A DNA stretch of 64,000 nucleotides from an uncultured Flavobacteriales bacterium (GTDB taxonomy: Bacteria > Bacteroidota > Bacteroidia > Flavobacteriales_D > Crocinitomicaceae). The translations under genes and the position numbers were made by a program. Location: contig CAJWAO010000003.1 in the NCBI GenBank assembly GCA_913020765.1, positions 64 to 64,063 on the forward strand, given 5' to 3'. This document shows, in pieces, positions 19,262 to 29,137 of this stretch. Below the pieces are notes generated by a model, which made no database searches, had not been told where the DNA came from, and saw only the letters and a program-made list of their open reading frames with translations. Every line of letters starts with the position of its first letter. Within the stretch, counting starts at the first letter, position 1.

Positions 19262-19945
19262 ATGGGAAATAGTAGAAAAGATTGGAATGATATTAAAAGT
19301 AACGATAGTTGGTCGATATTTAAAATCATGTCAGAGTTTGTTGAAGGGTTTGACCGAATGTCTAAAATAGGGCCTTGCGTTTCTATTTTCGGTTCCGCCA
19401 GAACACCGGAAGAAAACCCACATTATAAATTGGGCGTTGATTTGGCCGAGGAATTATCGAAGAGAGGATATGGTATTATTTCGGGGGGTGGACCTGGTAT
19501 TATGGAGGCAGCGAATCGAGGCGCACAGAAAGGTGTGGGACCCTCAGTTGGCTTGAATATTGACCTGCCATTTGAGCAAAATCATAACCTTTATATTGAC
19601 CCTGCTCATAATCTAGAATTTGATTATTTTTTTGTTCGAAAGGTCATTTTTGTGAAGTATTCTCAGGCCTTTGTCGCACTTCCAGGAGGGTTTGGAACAC
19701 TTGATGAGTTATTCGAGGCACTTACATTAATTCAAACGAAGAAAATTGCGAGGCGCCCTGTTGTTCTTGTTGGGAAAGAATATTGGTCGGGAATGACAGA
19801 TTGGATTAAAAAGACAATGTTAGATGCGGAGCGAAATATTTCTCTAGAAGACTTAGATTTATTTTGTTTGGTCGACACGCCAGAGGAGGCTGTTGAATAT
19901 ATTGAAGATTTCTTTACGACTCATTCCTTGACACCCAACTTCTAA
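19262..19945 (+). CDS. LOG family / TIGR00730 Rossmann-fold nucleotide-binding protein (cytokinin riboside 5'-monophosphate phosphoribohydrolase-like)
   Basis: Motifs GGGPGIMEAANRGA and PGGFGTLDELFE. Confidence 0.8.
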   Translation: MGNSRKDWNDIKSNDSWSIFKIMSEFVEGFDRMSKIGPCVSIFGSARTPEENPHYKLGVDLAEELSKRGYGIISGGGPGIMEAANRGAQKGVGPSVGLNIDLPFEQNHNLYIDPAHNLEFDYFFVRKVIFVKYSQAFVALPGGFGTLDELFEALTLIQTKKIARRPVVLVGKEYWSGMTDWIKKTMLDAERNISLEDLDLFCLVDTPEEAVEYIEDFFTTHSLTPNF

Positions 19946-19972
19946 TTCTTTAAAAGACTCTATATTTACGTT

Positions 19973-20818
19973 GTGAAAAACAAGTCCAAGTCCACATTCA
20001 AACCTAGGATATTTATTGTGATCAAGCAGTTTTTTTGGTCTCGTACATTCTTATTAAGCATACTTTTTCTCTTATTGCTTTATGGTGGCATTCTTTTTGG
20101 GACGATGCGTTATCTCAATGTATTCACAAATCATGGTGAAGAAGTCGCGGTGCCCAATCTTTTGGGATTGTCTGCTGTCGATGCAAAGATGGAACTAGAG
20201 GAGTTGGGACTTAGTTATGAAATACTTGACAGCATATACGACCCGAATCAGCCGAATGGTATTGTGAAAGAGCAAATGATTCAGCCGACCGCCTTATCGA
20301 AAGTTCATGTTAAAACAGATCGTGTAATTGGACTGAGGCTTTCTAAGAATCGAGAGCTCACTGAAATGCCTGACCTTTTATATGAAGAGGCAGAGTTTGC
20401 CAAGGGTAAATTGACTAGTAGAGGATTTAAATATCATATAGAATATGAACCTACTACTGAGGCAGATGGCTCTGTCCTTGAACAAAAATATGATGGACTG
20501 ACGATAACATCGGGAACTAGAATATTAAAAGGTTCCGAAATTACGCTTGTTGTTGGTCGAAATGAAATAGGTGTGCGACTTGAGCTTCCAAATCTTGTCG
20601 GAATGAATTATTCAAATGCAATCAATTTATTGGCGAGTACTGGATTTCAATCATATTCAACGATTTGTAATGACTGCGAAACCAAATTAGACACACTGAA
20701 CGCAATAGTTTTTGGTCAATCCCCTGAGTATTTTGAAAATAAATTACTTGAGAGGTCCAAACACATTACTGTTCTAATAAATGCTGGAAATGCAGCGTCA
20801 GAAAACTCTTTCGAATGA
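19973..20818 (+). CDS. PASTA domain-containing membrane protein
   Basis: GTG start, N-terminal transmembrane segment, then repeated V.VPNL.G......A...L...GL modules (PASTA-like). Confidence 0.7.
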   Translation: MKNKSKSTFKPRIFIVIKQFFWSRTFLLSILFLLLLYGGILFGTMRYLNVFTNHGEEVAVPNLLGLSAVDAKMELEELGLSYEILDSIYDPNQPNGIVKEQMIQPTALSKVHVKTDRVIGLRLSKNRELTEMPDLLYEEAEFAKGKLTSRGFKYHIEYEPTTEADGSVLEQKYDGLTITSGTRILKGSEITLVVGRNEIGVRLELPNLVGMNYSNAINLLASTGFQSYSTICNDCETKLDTLNAIVFGQSPEYFENKLLERSKHITVLINAGNAASENSFE

Positions 20819-23031
20819 AAACATTACGTTGTCTTTTCATCTTGGCTCCGTTATGGCTTTTAAATTTGGTTAGTGGACAAATTGAACTTGGACCACTGAC
20901 TCAAAATTATGATCAAAACGTTCTACCTCAGCTAAAGATAGGAACCATTGATAGTTCTTTTATTTATTCAACAGATACTGTAGTACTTCCTTTTTTTGAC
21001 GATTTTACAACCAATAAAATACAACAGTATATTCCCGATTTCTCTAGTTCACTTGCAACAAGTGAACTATATTATTACTTGATTGATCAGGCAACAGCTT
21101 TACCTTTAGCCAATGATTTGTTTTTTACAAACCAGGTGACGTTTCATAGGTATTTTGATCCTGCTGAAGGAACTTTTACAGATACCATTTTTACTCCTCA
21201 AGCAATCAATATTGCTGACTTTTCCTCTTACCCTGTCGATTATGAACCTGTTGATTTATATCCTCCGTATTACATTTATGACACATTAGGTCCTGGAGAT
21301 GAATCTGATACAGTTTGGATTCAGAATCCACCTTTTTTTCAGGATTCAGCGCGTCAATTTTTCTTACCTGTTTCAGATCCAAGCCTTTTGTGGGTTGACA
21401 ATTATGTTTATCATAACTACAGATTCGGTGACCATCCAAGAACACTTGGTGTTATGACCTTCGATGGCCTTGATGAAAGCGGATATCCTTATGCCATAGG
21501 AACAACCTCCTCTGGATATGCAGATGTATTGACATCTAAACCAATTGATTTATCAGGAATGAGCCCTGCCGATTCTGTTTATATATCCTTTATATATCAA
21601 CCTCAGGGATTTGGAGATGAACCTGAATCTACCGATTCCCTTCTCTTAGAATTTTTTGATTCTGCCAATAATCAGTGGAATAGAATTTGGGGTGACACAG
21701 GAAGAAATGTTTCACCTTTTCGTATTGTACACCTCCCGCTTACAGGAAATAATTATTTCACAGATGCTTTTCAATTTCGGTTTAGAAATTATGGTGGCCT
21801 TTCCGGGTCTTTGGATCATTTTCATCTAGATATGGTTTATCTCAGAGAAGCAACCCCACCTGCATATATAGATACTGTTTTCAAGGACTTTTCCTTTGTT
21901 TACCCTGTGAATTCTCTGTTAAATGATTATACCTCGGTGCCGTGGGATCACTACAAAGAATCCATCGACAACAAAATGAGCGCTGCTATGGAGGTCGTTG
22001 TTTTTAACGGAAGCAGTGGTCCTGAAAATTACCAAGATGGCGCTGTAGAAATATCTTATGCTGGTGTGAGCGAGGGTGATTTTATTTTACAAGGTTTTAC
22101 TTTAGCGGAGCAACAAATTAATTATGCTGCTTTGGATTTTGCTACCTCATACCATGACCTGAAGTCAGGTTACGAATTCCCGAGAGATTTATCAGGAGTC
22201 TATGAGGAATTTGATGTTAGAGTGAATGCCTCTGCGCAATATCCAAACTATGAGCCTAATGATTCTACGGCGTTCACCCAAGGGTTTTATAATTTTTACA
22301 GTTATGATGATGGTTCAGCTGAGGCGGCTTTTGGCCCTACCGGAGCTCAGGCGAGACTTGCCATTCATTTTGAAGCTTATCAGCCTGATAGCCTTATTGG
22401 GGTAAAATTATGTTTTGTACCTTCAGTAAATGATGTTTCAAATAAGCTTTTTCTACTAACCGTATGGGATGATGAAAATGGAGAACCAGGAGCTGTTTTA
22501 TATGAAGATGATGTTTTCAATCCTCGGAATCCGACCTACAGTCAGGATAAGAACCAATACCTGGATTACTATTTTATCGATACCATGAAGGTTCCCGTTG
22601 GTAATTCTTTTTTCATTGGATGGAGACAACTTGATCCCGAGCGCCTTAATCTTGGATTTGATAGAAATATTGATCAATCTGATGAGATTTTTTATAGTGT
22701 TAACGGGGGTGTTTCTTGGCTGGTTTCTCCTTTTTCAGGAAGCGCGATGGTCCGACCAATCTTCTCCACTCAGATGGATGCTTCGCTAGGGCTTATTGAA
22801 CCGGAAACTGAAAGTATTCAAATTTTGATATTTCCCAACCCTGTGCGCGATGAAGTATTTATAAAGAATGCTGGTGAATCTTTGAATGAAAAATTGTTGC
22901 TTGATGCAGCAGGCAGAGTGCTGATGAGCACGATGGAGGATTCATTCGATCTTCAAACATTGGATTCGGGAATCTATTTTATTTCAGTCCCTCAACACTC
23001 TGAAAAACGATATAAAGTAATTAAGCTGTGA
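20815..23031 (+). CDS. Secreted protein of unknown function with a T9SS type A C-terminal sorting domain
   Basis: Signal peptide ..LVSG|QIE. C-terminus ILIFPNPVRDEVFI...LDSGIYFISV...YKVIKL. ATGA overlap with the upstream gene and GTGA overlap with rluD. Confidence 0.7.
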   Translation: MKTLRCLFILAPLWLLNLVSGQIELGPLTQNYDQNVLPQLKIGTIDSSFIYSTDTVVLPFFDDFTTNKIQQYIPDFSSSLATSELYYYLIDQATALPLANDLFFTNQVTFHRYFDPAEGTFTDTIFTPQAINIADFSSYPVDYEPVDLYPPYYIYDTLGPGDESDTVWIQNPPFFQDSARQFFLPVSDPSLLWVDNYVYHNYRFGDHPRTLGVMTFDGLDESGYPYAIGTTSSGYADVLTSKPIDLSGMSPADSVYISFIYQPQGFGDEPESTDSLLLEFFDSANNQWNRIWGDTGRNVSPFRIVHLPLTGNNYFTDAFQFRFRNYGGLSGSLDHFHLDMVYLREATPPAYIDTVFKDFSFVYPVNSLLNDYTSVPWDHYKESIDNKMSAAMEVVVFNGSSGPENYQDGAVEISYAGVSEGDFILQGFTLAEQQINYAALDFATSYHDLKSGYEFPRDLSGVYEEFDVRVNASAQYPNYEPNDSTAFTQGFYNFYSYDDGSAEAAFGPTGAQARLAIHFEAYQPDSLIGVKLCFVPSVNDVSNKLFLLTVWDDENGEPGAVLYEDDVFNPRNPTYSQDKNQYLDYYFIDTMKVPVGNSFFIGWRQLDPERLNLGFDRNIDQSDEIFYSVNGGVSWLVSPFSGSAMVRPIFSTQMDASLGLIEPETESIQILIFPNPVRDEVFIKNAGESLNEKLLLDAAGRVLMSTMEDSFDLQTLDSGIYFISVPQHSEKRYKVIKL

Positions 23032-24050
23032 CCGAAGATGAATCCATAGAGTCAGAACAGGAGGATTTGTATGAGCACTTCAGGTTTCAAGCAGACCCTC
23101 GCCAAGAACAGATTAGGATAGACAAATTTTTAGGGGTACGATTGGCAAATACCTCTCGTAACAAAATTCAAATTGCTGCAAGAGAAGGAAATATTTTGGT
23201 CAATGGTGAAAAAGTAAAACAGAATTATCGCGTTAAGCCTGGTGATTTGGTAACAATGGTGCTGCCATATCCTGTACAAAATTTTGAGCTTAAACCTCAA
23301 GATATCCCTATAAATATTTTGCATGAGGACGATAATTTTGTAATTGTGAATAAGGATGCGGGAATGGTTGTTCATCCTGGTCATGGAAATCACGATGGGA
23401 CCTTGGTCAATGCCTTATTGCATCACTTTGATCAACTTCCAGAGCTTCCTTCTGATTATTCTGGGCGACCTGGTTTGGTACACCGGATTGATAAAAATAC
23501 GTCTGGTCTTCTCGTTGTTGCTAAAACAGAGCGAGCATTGACGAAGCTTGCCAAACAATTCTATGATAAGACTACGTCAAGGAAATATATAGCGTTGGTA
23601 TGGGGTGATGTTGAGGATGGCGCTACAATTGTTGGAAATATTGGGCGTTCAAAAAAAAATAGAAAGGTAATGTCTGTTTATCCAGATGGTGAAGAAGGCA
23701 AGCATGCAGTTACACATTTTAAGGTCATTGAAAGATTTGGATATGTGACCCTTGTAGAGTGTAGACTGGAAACGGGACGAACACACCAAATTCGTGCACA
23801 TTTTAAATGGATTGGACATCCCTTATTCAACGATATGGAATATGGAGGTAACAAAGTGTTAAAAGGTTTGAAAACAGCAAAGTATCAAAAGTTTATAGAA
23901 AATAATTTCCAACTATTTAAGGGTCAGGCACTTCATGCGCAATCTTTGGGTTTTATCCATCCTGAAACTGGTGAAGATCTTCTATTTTTCGAGGAGTTAC
24001 CTGAATATTTTGAATTGGCCCTGAAGCGATTCCGGGATTATTGTAAATAA
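23028..24050 (+). CDS. rluD: RluA/RluD-family 23S rRNA pseudouridine synthase
   Basis: S4-like N-terminus (RIDKFL....SR..IQ..I..G.I.VNG), catalytic HRIDKNTSGLLVVAK, and TGRTHQIR. GTG 23028 is the only plausible in-frame start upstream of the S4 domain. Confidence 0.85.
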   Translation: MTEDESIESEQEDLYEHFRFQADPRQEQIRIDKFLGVRLANTSRNKIQIAAREGNILVNGEKVKQNYRVKPGDLVTMVLPYPVQNFELKPQDIPINILHEDDNFVIVNKDAGMVVHPGHGNHDGTLVNALLHHFDQLPELPSDYSGRPGLVHRIDKNTSGLLVVAKTERALTKLAKQFYDKTTSRKYIALVWGDVEDGATIVGNIGRSKKNRKVMSVYPDGEEGKHAVTHFKVIERFGYVTLVECRLETGRTHQIRAHFKWIGHPLFNDMEYGGNKVLKGLKTAKYQKFIENNFQLFKGQALHAQSLGFIHPETGEDLLFFEELPEYFELALKRFRDYCK

Positions 24051-24103
24051 TGATAATTTTTCTTTATTTTTGCTTTTCCGATAGGAATAACGACTATTAA
24101 CCT

Positions 24104-26230
24104 ATGAACAAGAATTTTACAATACTCTTATTTTTGCTCTGCACATCGATGTTATTGGCTCAATCTTCGGGGCCCAAATACGTTAGAGAAGCATATACAT
24201 CATTTGAAGCTGGAAAATATTTTGAAGCCATTGATAAATGTCAGGCAGCCTTCACAAAGCTTGGCTCCAAAGGCTCCTTAAAACAGAAGGGTGATATGGC
24301 GTTTAAAATTGCAGAATCGTACCGACTTTTAGAACGTTATGAAAGTGCAAATGAATGGCTTGATGTTTGTGTAGAACTAAAATATTTTGATATCAATCCA
24401 GACATTTATTTTTTGAAAGGTGAGGCCTTGCGAAAGATGGGTGATTTTGGAAAGGCAGAAAAAAGCTATTCAGAATTTAAGAAGTTAGCTGACGGAGCTC
24501 GTTCGCAGGAGGTCGAAGTAGCTTTAAAGTCATGTGAAGAGTACAAGTTCTATGACATGATGGAGTCAGAAATAAACTATGAAGTACAGTGTGAGACGAA
24601 AATAAATAGAAAGGAGTTTGACATGTCACCTACTTTTGCAGACAAGAAAGGCCTTAAGGTATATTTTTCGTCAAGTCGACAAGAAAGTTCGGGTATTGGT
24701 AGGGACCCAATAACGGGTGAGAAATACATGGATCTTTACGTCGCGGAATTCGATAAAAATGGGGATCCAACCAACGTAGTTTCGATAGATAAAGATGGTA
24801 TTGTCAACACATCTGAAAGTGAAGGTTCCGTGTGTTTTGATAAAAAATTCAAAACCATGTATTTCACTCGATGTCCAAATAAAGACAAGATGATGTTGGG
24901 ATGTGATATTTGGAAGGTTAGCATTGTTGATGGTCAATTTACTGACCCAGTGAAGCTTAACTTGAAACAAGACGAAAAAGAATCTGTCGGCCATCCTTGT
25001 TTGACTACGGATGGTATGAAGCTAATTTTTGCCTCTGATATGAAATCTAGTGGTGGTGATGAATCTTTTGGCGGAAGAGACTTATGGTACATTACCTACA
25101 ACAAAAAGGCAAAGGCATGGGATTCGATTCCGAGGAATATGGGACCTAGCTATAATACCCCTGGAAATGAGCTGTTCCCTTCCATAGGTAAAGGTGGTGA
25201 ATTATTTTTTGCAAGTGATGGCCATAAGGGAATTGGTGGTTTAGATATTTTTATGTGTAAACCAGCGGAAGAAAAAAACACATGGGGAACGGCGGAAAAT
25301 ATGGGTTATCCCATCAACTCGCCAAGTAATGATTATGCAATTACAAGTCGTGGTAAAAGAGGGTATTTTACATCCGAGAGAAGATTGAATAGCAATCAAT
25401 ATTCACCAGATTTATGGAGTTACAGTATACCACCAAACCTTTACGATGTGCAAGTCATTGTTCATGAGTTTGGTAACAAAAATAAAAGAATCCCTAAGGC
25501 GAAGGTCTCGTTTTTTGGAACGGATGATTCTGACTGGAATGGAGAAACAAATGAGTCTGGCACAACCATTAAGTACGATGTTAAAAATGGGAAACAGCGT
25601 TATATAAACGAGGATGTGACTTATTCAATCAACGCCACCAAAGAGGGCTTCCTTCAAAATCCGAATGCAACGAAAATAACCACCGAAGGTCTCAAGGAGA
25701 GCCAATCATTTATTGTCGAGATTGAGCTTGTTCCTATTGTGGAAGAAATTCGAACACCTGAGGTGCGTTACCCATTAAATGAGTGGACGTTCATCAATGA
25801 CTCAACGTGTATGTCGACGGATTCCTTAGACTTTCTGTACAATTTATTAAGCACGCATCCATACATTACGATTGATCTTTTCTCTCACACTGATTCTCGT
25901 TCATCTGCGAGTTATAATCAAGTACTTTCAGAGAATAGAGCAAAGGCGGTGTATAAGTTTTTAGTCGAAGAAAAAGGAATTGATTCAAGAAGAATCCAAC
26001 CGATTGGTAAGGGGGAAGCTGAACCTGCAACTTGGGTTGATGAAAATGGTAAAGTGATTGTTCTTACAGAAAGATATATTAATAAATTTAGGTCATCTGA
26101 TAAGGCTAAATTTGAGCGATTACATCAAATTAATAGACGCACAACAGCTCGAATTACGAGTCAGGATTTTGATCCTAGCACTGCTTCTCCAGCAAATCCC
26201 GAGTGGATGGAGTTTAAGCCTCTGAAGTAG
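24104..26230 (+). CDS. Multidomain OmpA-family protein: TPR + TolB-like (PD40) beta-propeller repeats + CarboxypepD_reg-like + OmpA_C. The architecture is PorE-like.
   Basis: TPR-like helices at the N-terminus. Repeated ...YF(S/T)S.R....G..D(I/L)W motifs. C-terminal OmpA_C signature (HTDS.....YN..LS..RA.AV..FL...GI...R....G.GE..P). Confidence 0.75.
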   Translation: MNKNFTILLFLLCTSMLLAQSSGPKYVREAYTSFEAGKYFEAIDKCQAAFTKLGSKGSLKQKGDMAFKIAESYRLLERYESANEWLDVCVELKYFDINPDIYFLKGEALRKMGDFGKAEKSYSEFKKLADGARSQEVEVALKSCEEYKFYDMMESEINYEVQCETKINRKEFDMSPTFADKKGLKVYFSSSRQESSGIGRDPITGEKYMDLYVAEFDKNGDPTNVVSIDKDGIVNTSESEGSVCFDKKFKTMYFTRCPNKDKMMLGCDIWKVSIVDGQFTDPVKLNLKQDEKESVGHPCLTTDGMKLIFASDMKSSGGDESFGGRDLWYITYNKKAKAWDSIPRNMGPSYNTPGNELFPSIGKGGELFFASDGHKGIGGLDIFMCKPAEEKNTWGTAENMGYPINSPSNDYAITSRGKRGYFTSERRLNSNQYSPDLWSYSIPPNLYDVQVIVHEFGNKNKRIPKAKVSFFGTDDSDWNGETNESGTTIKYDVKNGKQRYINEDVTYSINATKEGFLQNPNATKITTEGLKESQSFIVEIELVPIVEEIRTPEVRYPLNEWTFINDSTCMSTDSLDFLYNLLSTHPYITIDLFSHTDSRSSASYNQVLSENRAKAVYKFLVEEKGIDSRRIQPIGKGEAEPATWVDENGKVIVLTERYINKFRSSDKAKFERLHQINRRTTARITSQDFDPSTASPANPEWMEFKPLK

Positions 26231-26250
26231 CTGAGTTTGTTAAGTTTTAT

Positions 26251-26490
26251 ATGAAACGAACACTTCAAAAAATTCTCTTTTTTTTTGAAATGCAATCTTA
26301 CGGCGTTTGTGAATGGTGGGCGCGAAAACTTGGTATTCGAACGACAAAGGTACGATTAGGATTTATTTACTTTTCTTTTGTTACACTTGGTTCACCACTC
26401 TTGTTATATTTGATTATGGCTTGGCTACTTGAGCATAAACATTATTTCACTTTTTCAACTAAAAGAAAAAAGTCCATTTGGGATTTGTAA
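26251..26490 (+). CDS. PspC domain-containing small membrane protein
   Basis: 79 aa. GVCEWWARKLGI....VRLGFIYF.....GSPLLLYLIMAWLL resembles the PspC N-terminal domain plus a transmembrane segment. Confidence 0.6.
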   Translation: MKRTLQKILFFFEMQSYGVCEWWARKLGIRTTKVRLGFIYFSFVTLGSPLLLYLIMAWLLEHKHYFTFSTKRKKSIWDL

Positions 26491-26503
26491 TTTATTCAAT
26501 GGT

Positions 26504-27394
26504 ATGAAAATTCTTATTACCGGCAGCAATGGACTACTTGGACAGAAAATTGTTCGACAACTTAAGAAAAAAAACAAACCATTTTTAGCTACATCTCTTG
26601 GTGAAAACAGGAATCCTGATTGTCCTCATGCATTTTATCGACAACTAGATATTTCTAATGAGGTTGAGGTTAATGAGGTTTTTACTGAGTATAATCCCGA
26701 TGCAGTCATTCATACTGCAGCAATTACGAATGTAGATTATTGCGAGACAAACGCTGAACTTTGTCATAAAGTTAATGTCACGGCTACGGCTTATTTATTT
26801 GCGGCTGCGCAGAGGGTAGAGGCTCATTTTTCTTTACTATCTACTGATTTTGTATTCGATGGAGCAAAAGGAGATTATTCGGAAACAGATGTAACGAATC
26901 CTTTAAGTGTTTATGCCAATTCAAAAGTGGATGCTGAATCAATACTTACAAAATCGCCAAGTAGAAACTGGTCTATTATTCGTACCATCATTGTTTTTGG
27001 AGAAGGGAATAACCTCTCAAGGTCCAATATTGTGTTATGGGCCAAAGATGCACTTTCTTCGGGAAAAGAACTCAATATTATTGATGATCAATACCGGGCT
27101 CCCACCTGGGCGGATGATCTTGCATGGGCCTGTATCAGAATTGCTGAGCTTCATAAAACTGGGATATACCATATTTCAGGCCCCGAAACATTTTCGATTT
27201 ATGAGTTGGTTACTCGGGTGGCCAGGTATTGTGGATTAGACACCACCTCACTCAATAAAACGACAAGTGAATCACTCAATCAAGCGGCTAAAAGACCTCC
27301 AAAAACCGGTTTTGACTTAAGTAAATCACGCAATGAAATTGATTATAGACCCATGTGTTTTGAGGATAGTTTAAAGCTTTTATTCTCGGGTTAA
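26504..27394 (+). CDS. dTDP-4-dehydrorhamnose reductase-like SDR (RmlD substrate-binding family)
   Basis: MKILITGSNGLLG at the internal ATG 26504. Also STDFVFDG....Y.E.D...P...YA.SK. The track N-terminal extension overlaps pspC. Confidence 0.75.
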   Translation: MKILITGSNGLLGQKIVRQLKKKNKPFLATSLGENRNPDCPHAFYRQLDISNEVEVNEVFTEYNPDAVIHTAAITNVDYCETNAELCHKVNVTATAYLFAAAQRVEAHFSLLSTDFVFDGAKGDYSETDVTNPLSVYANSKVDAESILTKSPSRNWSIIRTIIVFGEGNNLSRSNIVLWAKDALSSGKELNIIDDQYRAPTWADDLAWACIRIAELHKTGIYHISGPETFSIYELVTRVARYCGLDTTSLNKTTSESLNQAAKRPPKTGFDLSKSRNEIDYRPMCFEDSLKLLFSG

Positions 27395-27440
27395 AAACCT
27401 TACCTTCGACACAGTAAATTGTAAATATTAAAACCACCTC

Positions 27441-29060
27441 ATGAAAAATGGAATACTTGCCTTGAGCACATTTTTATTACCTGTATTGAGCTTTGCTCAA
27501 AATGAAATGGGCTTGGATCAAAAAATAGATCGAGCATTTAAGCCGTTTTCTGACTTTATTTCTAGTGTTATATTTTTTGAAGTATTTGAAGGAGCACCGT
27601 TTGTGATTATACTTTTGGTATGCAGCGCTCTATTTTTCACACTTTACTTTGGCTTCCCGAATATCCGGTTTTTTGGCAAAGCAGTAAATGTCGTGCGCGG
27701 TAAATATGACCATTTAGATCATTCTGTTGCAGGTAATGATAGTTTGGCAGTGGATGGAGATATAAAAGATACCATTGCTGATGAAAGCAAAGAAGGAGAA
27801 GTTACTCATTTTCAGGCACTGGCCACCGCTGTTTCGGGAACTGTGGGCAATGGAAATATTGCTGGTGTGGCCTTGGCTATTGCTTTGGGAGGTCCAGGAG
27901 CTACATTTTGGATGGTAATTTGTGGGCTTTTGGGAATGTCCTCCAAATTTGTTGAATGCACCTTGGGTGTGCAATACAGAGACATTGGGGAAGACGGAAC
28001 AGTTTACGGCGGCCCTATGTATTATTTGAGTAAAGGATTAAAGGAAAAAGGCTTTGCAACATTGGGAAAAATAACGGCTATTTTGTTTGCTGTTTTTTGT
28101 ATTGGTGGTTCATTTGGTGGAGGCAATGCAGCCCAGAGTAATCAAGCGACTATTGTCCTGAAGGAGCTAATGGGTTGGGAAAGCTCAAGTGCTGGTGCGA
28201 TTATAGGATTTATATTGGCCGTTTTAGTTGGAATAATTATTATAGGTGGAATCAAAAGGATTGCCTCTGTTACTGAGAAAATCGTGCCTTTCATGGCTGT
28301 TTTATATCTCGTGGCCTGTCTTTATATCATATTCAGTAATTTTAGTTTTGTGGATGATGCTTTTGCATTGATCTTTCAAGAGGCTTTTAATCCTCAAGCA
28401 ATAGGAGTAGGTGGGATTATTGGGGTTTTATTGGTCGGTTTTAAACGAGCCGCTTTCTCTAATGAGGCTGGCGCGGGATCTGCGTCTATCGCGCATTCGG
28501 CTGTAAAAACAAAATATTCCGCTTCCGAAGGGCTTGTGGCTTTATTAGAGCCATTTATAGATACTGTTGTCATTTGTACGATGACAGCACTCGTTATTAT
28601 TATCTTTAATTTTGGAGGTGGTGCTGGTTCTATTTTTCAATATGGTGGAGATGGATCAGGCTCTGTAATGATTGATGGAGTGGCATATGAAGGAGCAGGT
28701 ATCACCTCTCAGGCTTTTGCCGCTTATATACCATATTCCAATGTATTTTTGACAATCGCAGTTGTGTTATTTGCTGTATCTACTATGATTTCTTGGTCCT
28801 ATTATGGTTTGCAGTCATGGAAATTTTTATTTGGGCGTGGTAGAAATGCTGATTTAGCTTACAAGCTTATTTTCTTAGGATTTGTGGTCATTGGTGCAGC
28901 AGCGAGTATGGATTCAATTTGGGCTTTTTCAGATGCCATGATTTTTGCAATGGTTTTTCCTAACATGGTTGGTTTGTTTTTCCTTTTCCCTATTGTTAAG
29001 AAAGAACTTTCTCGTTATTTTGGGGCTATTAAAGCTGCCAAAACTGCTGATTCAAATTAA
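27441..29060 (+). CDS. Alanine/glycine:cation symporter (AGCS) family transporter
   Basis: 539 aa, polytopic. FQAL.TA.SGTVGNGNIAGVA.AI..GGPGA.FWM signature. Confidence 0.85.
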   Translation: MKNGILALSTFLLPVLSFAQNEMGLDQKIDRAFKPFSDFISSVIFFEVFEGAPFVIILLVCSALFFTLYFGFPNIRFFGKAVNVVRGKYDHLDHSVAGNDSLAVDGDIKDTIADESKEGEVTHFQALATAVSGTVGNGNIAGVALAIALGGPGATFWMVICGLLGMSSKFVECTLGVQYRDIGEDGTVYGGPMYYLSKGLKEKGFATLGKITAILFAVFCIGGSFGGGNAAQSNQATIVLKELMGWESSSAGAIIGFILAVLVGIIIIGGIKRIASVTEKIVPFMAVLYLVACLYIIFSNFSFVDDAFALIFQEAFNPQAIGVGGIIGVLLVGFKRAAFSNEAGAGSASIAHSAVKTKYSASEGLVALLEPFIDTVVICTMTALVIIIFNFGGGAGSIFQYGGDGSGSVMIDGVAYEGAGITSQAFAAYIPYSNVFLTIAVVLFAVSTMISWSYYGLQSWKFLFGRGRNADLAYKLIFLGFVVIGAAASMDSIWAFSDAMIFAMVFPNMVGLFFLFPIVKKELSRYFGAIKAAKTADSN

Positions 29061-29137
29061 CTCATTGAACGATCAATAATCCATTTTATATTTCGAAAAA
29101 GACTCGTAGGGGTCTGGTAGTTTTTTTTGTTTTAGCT

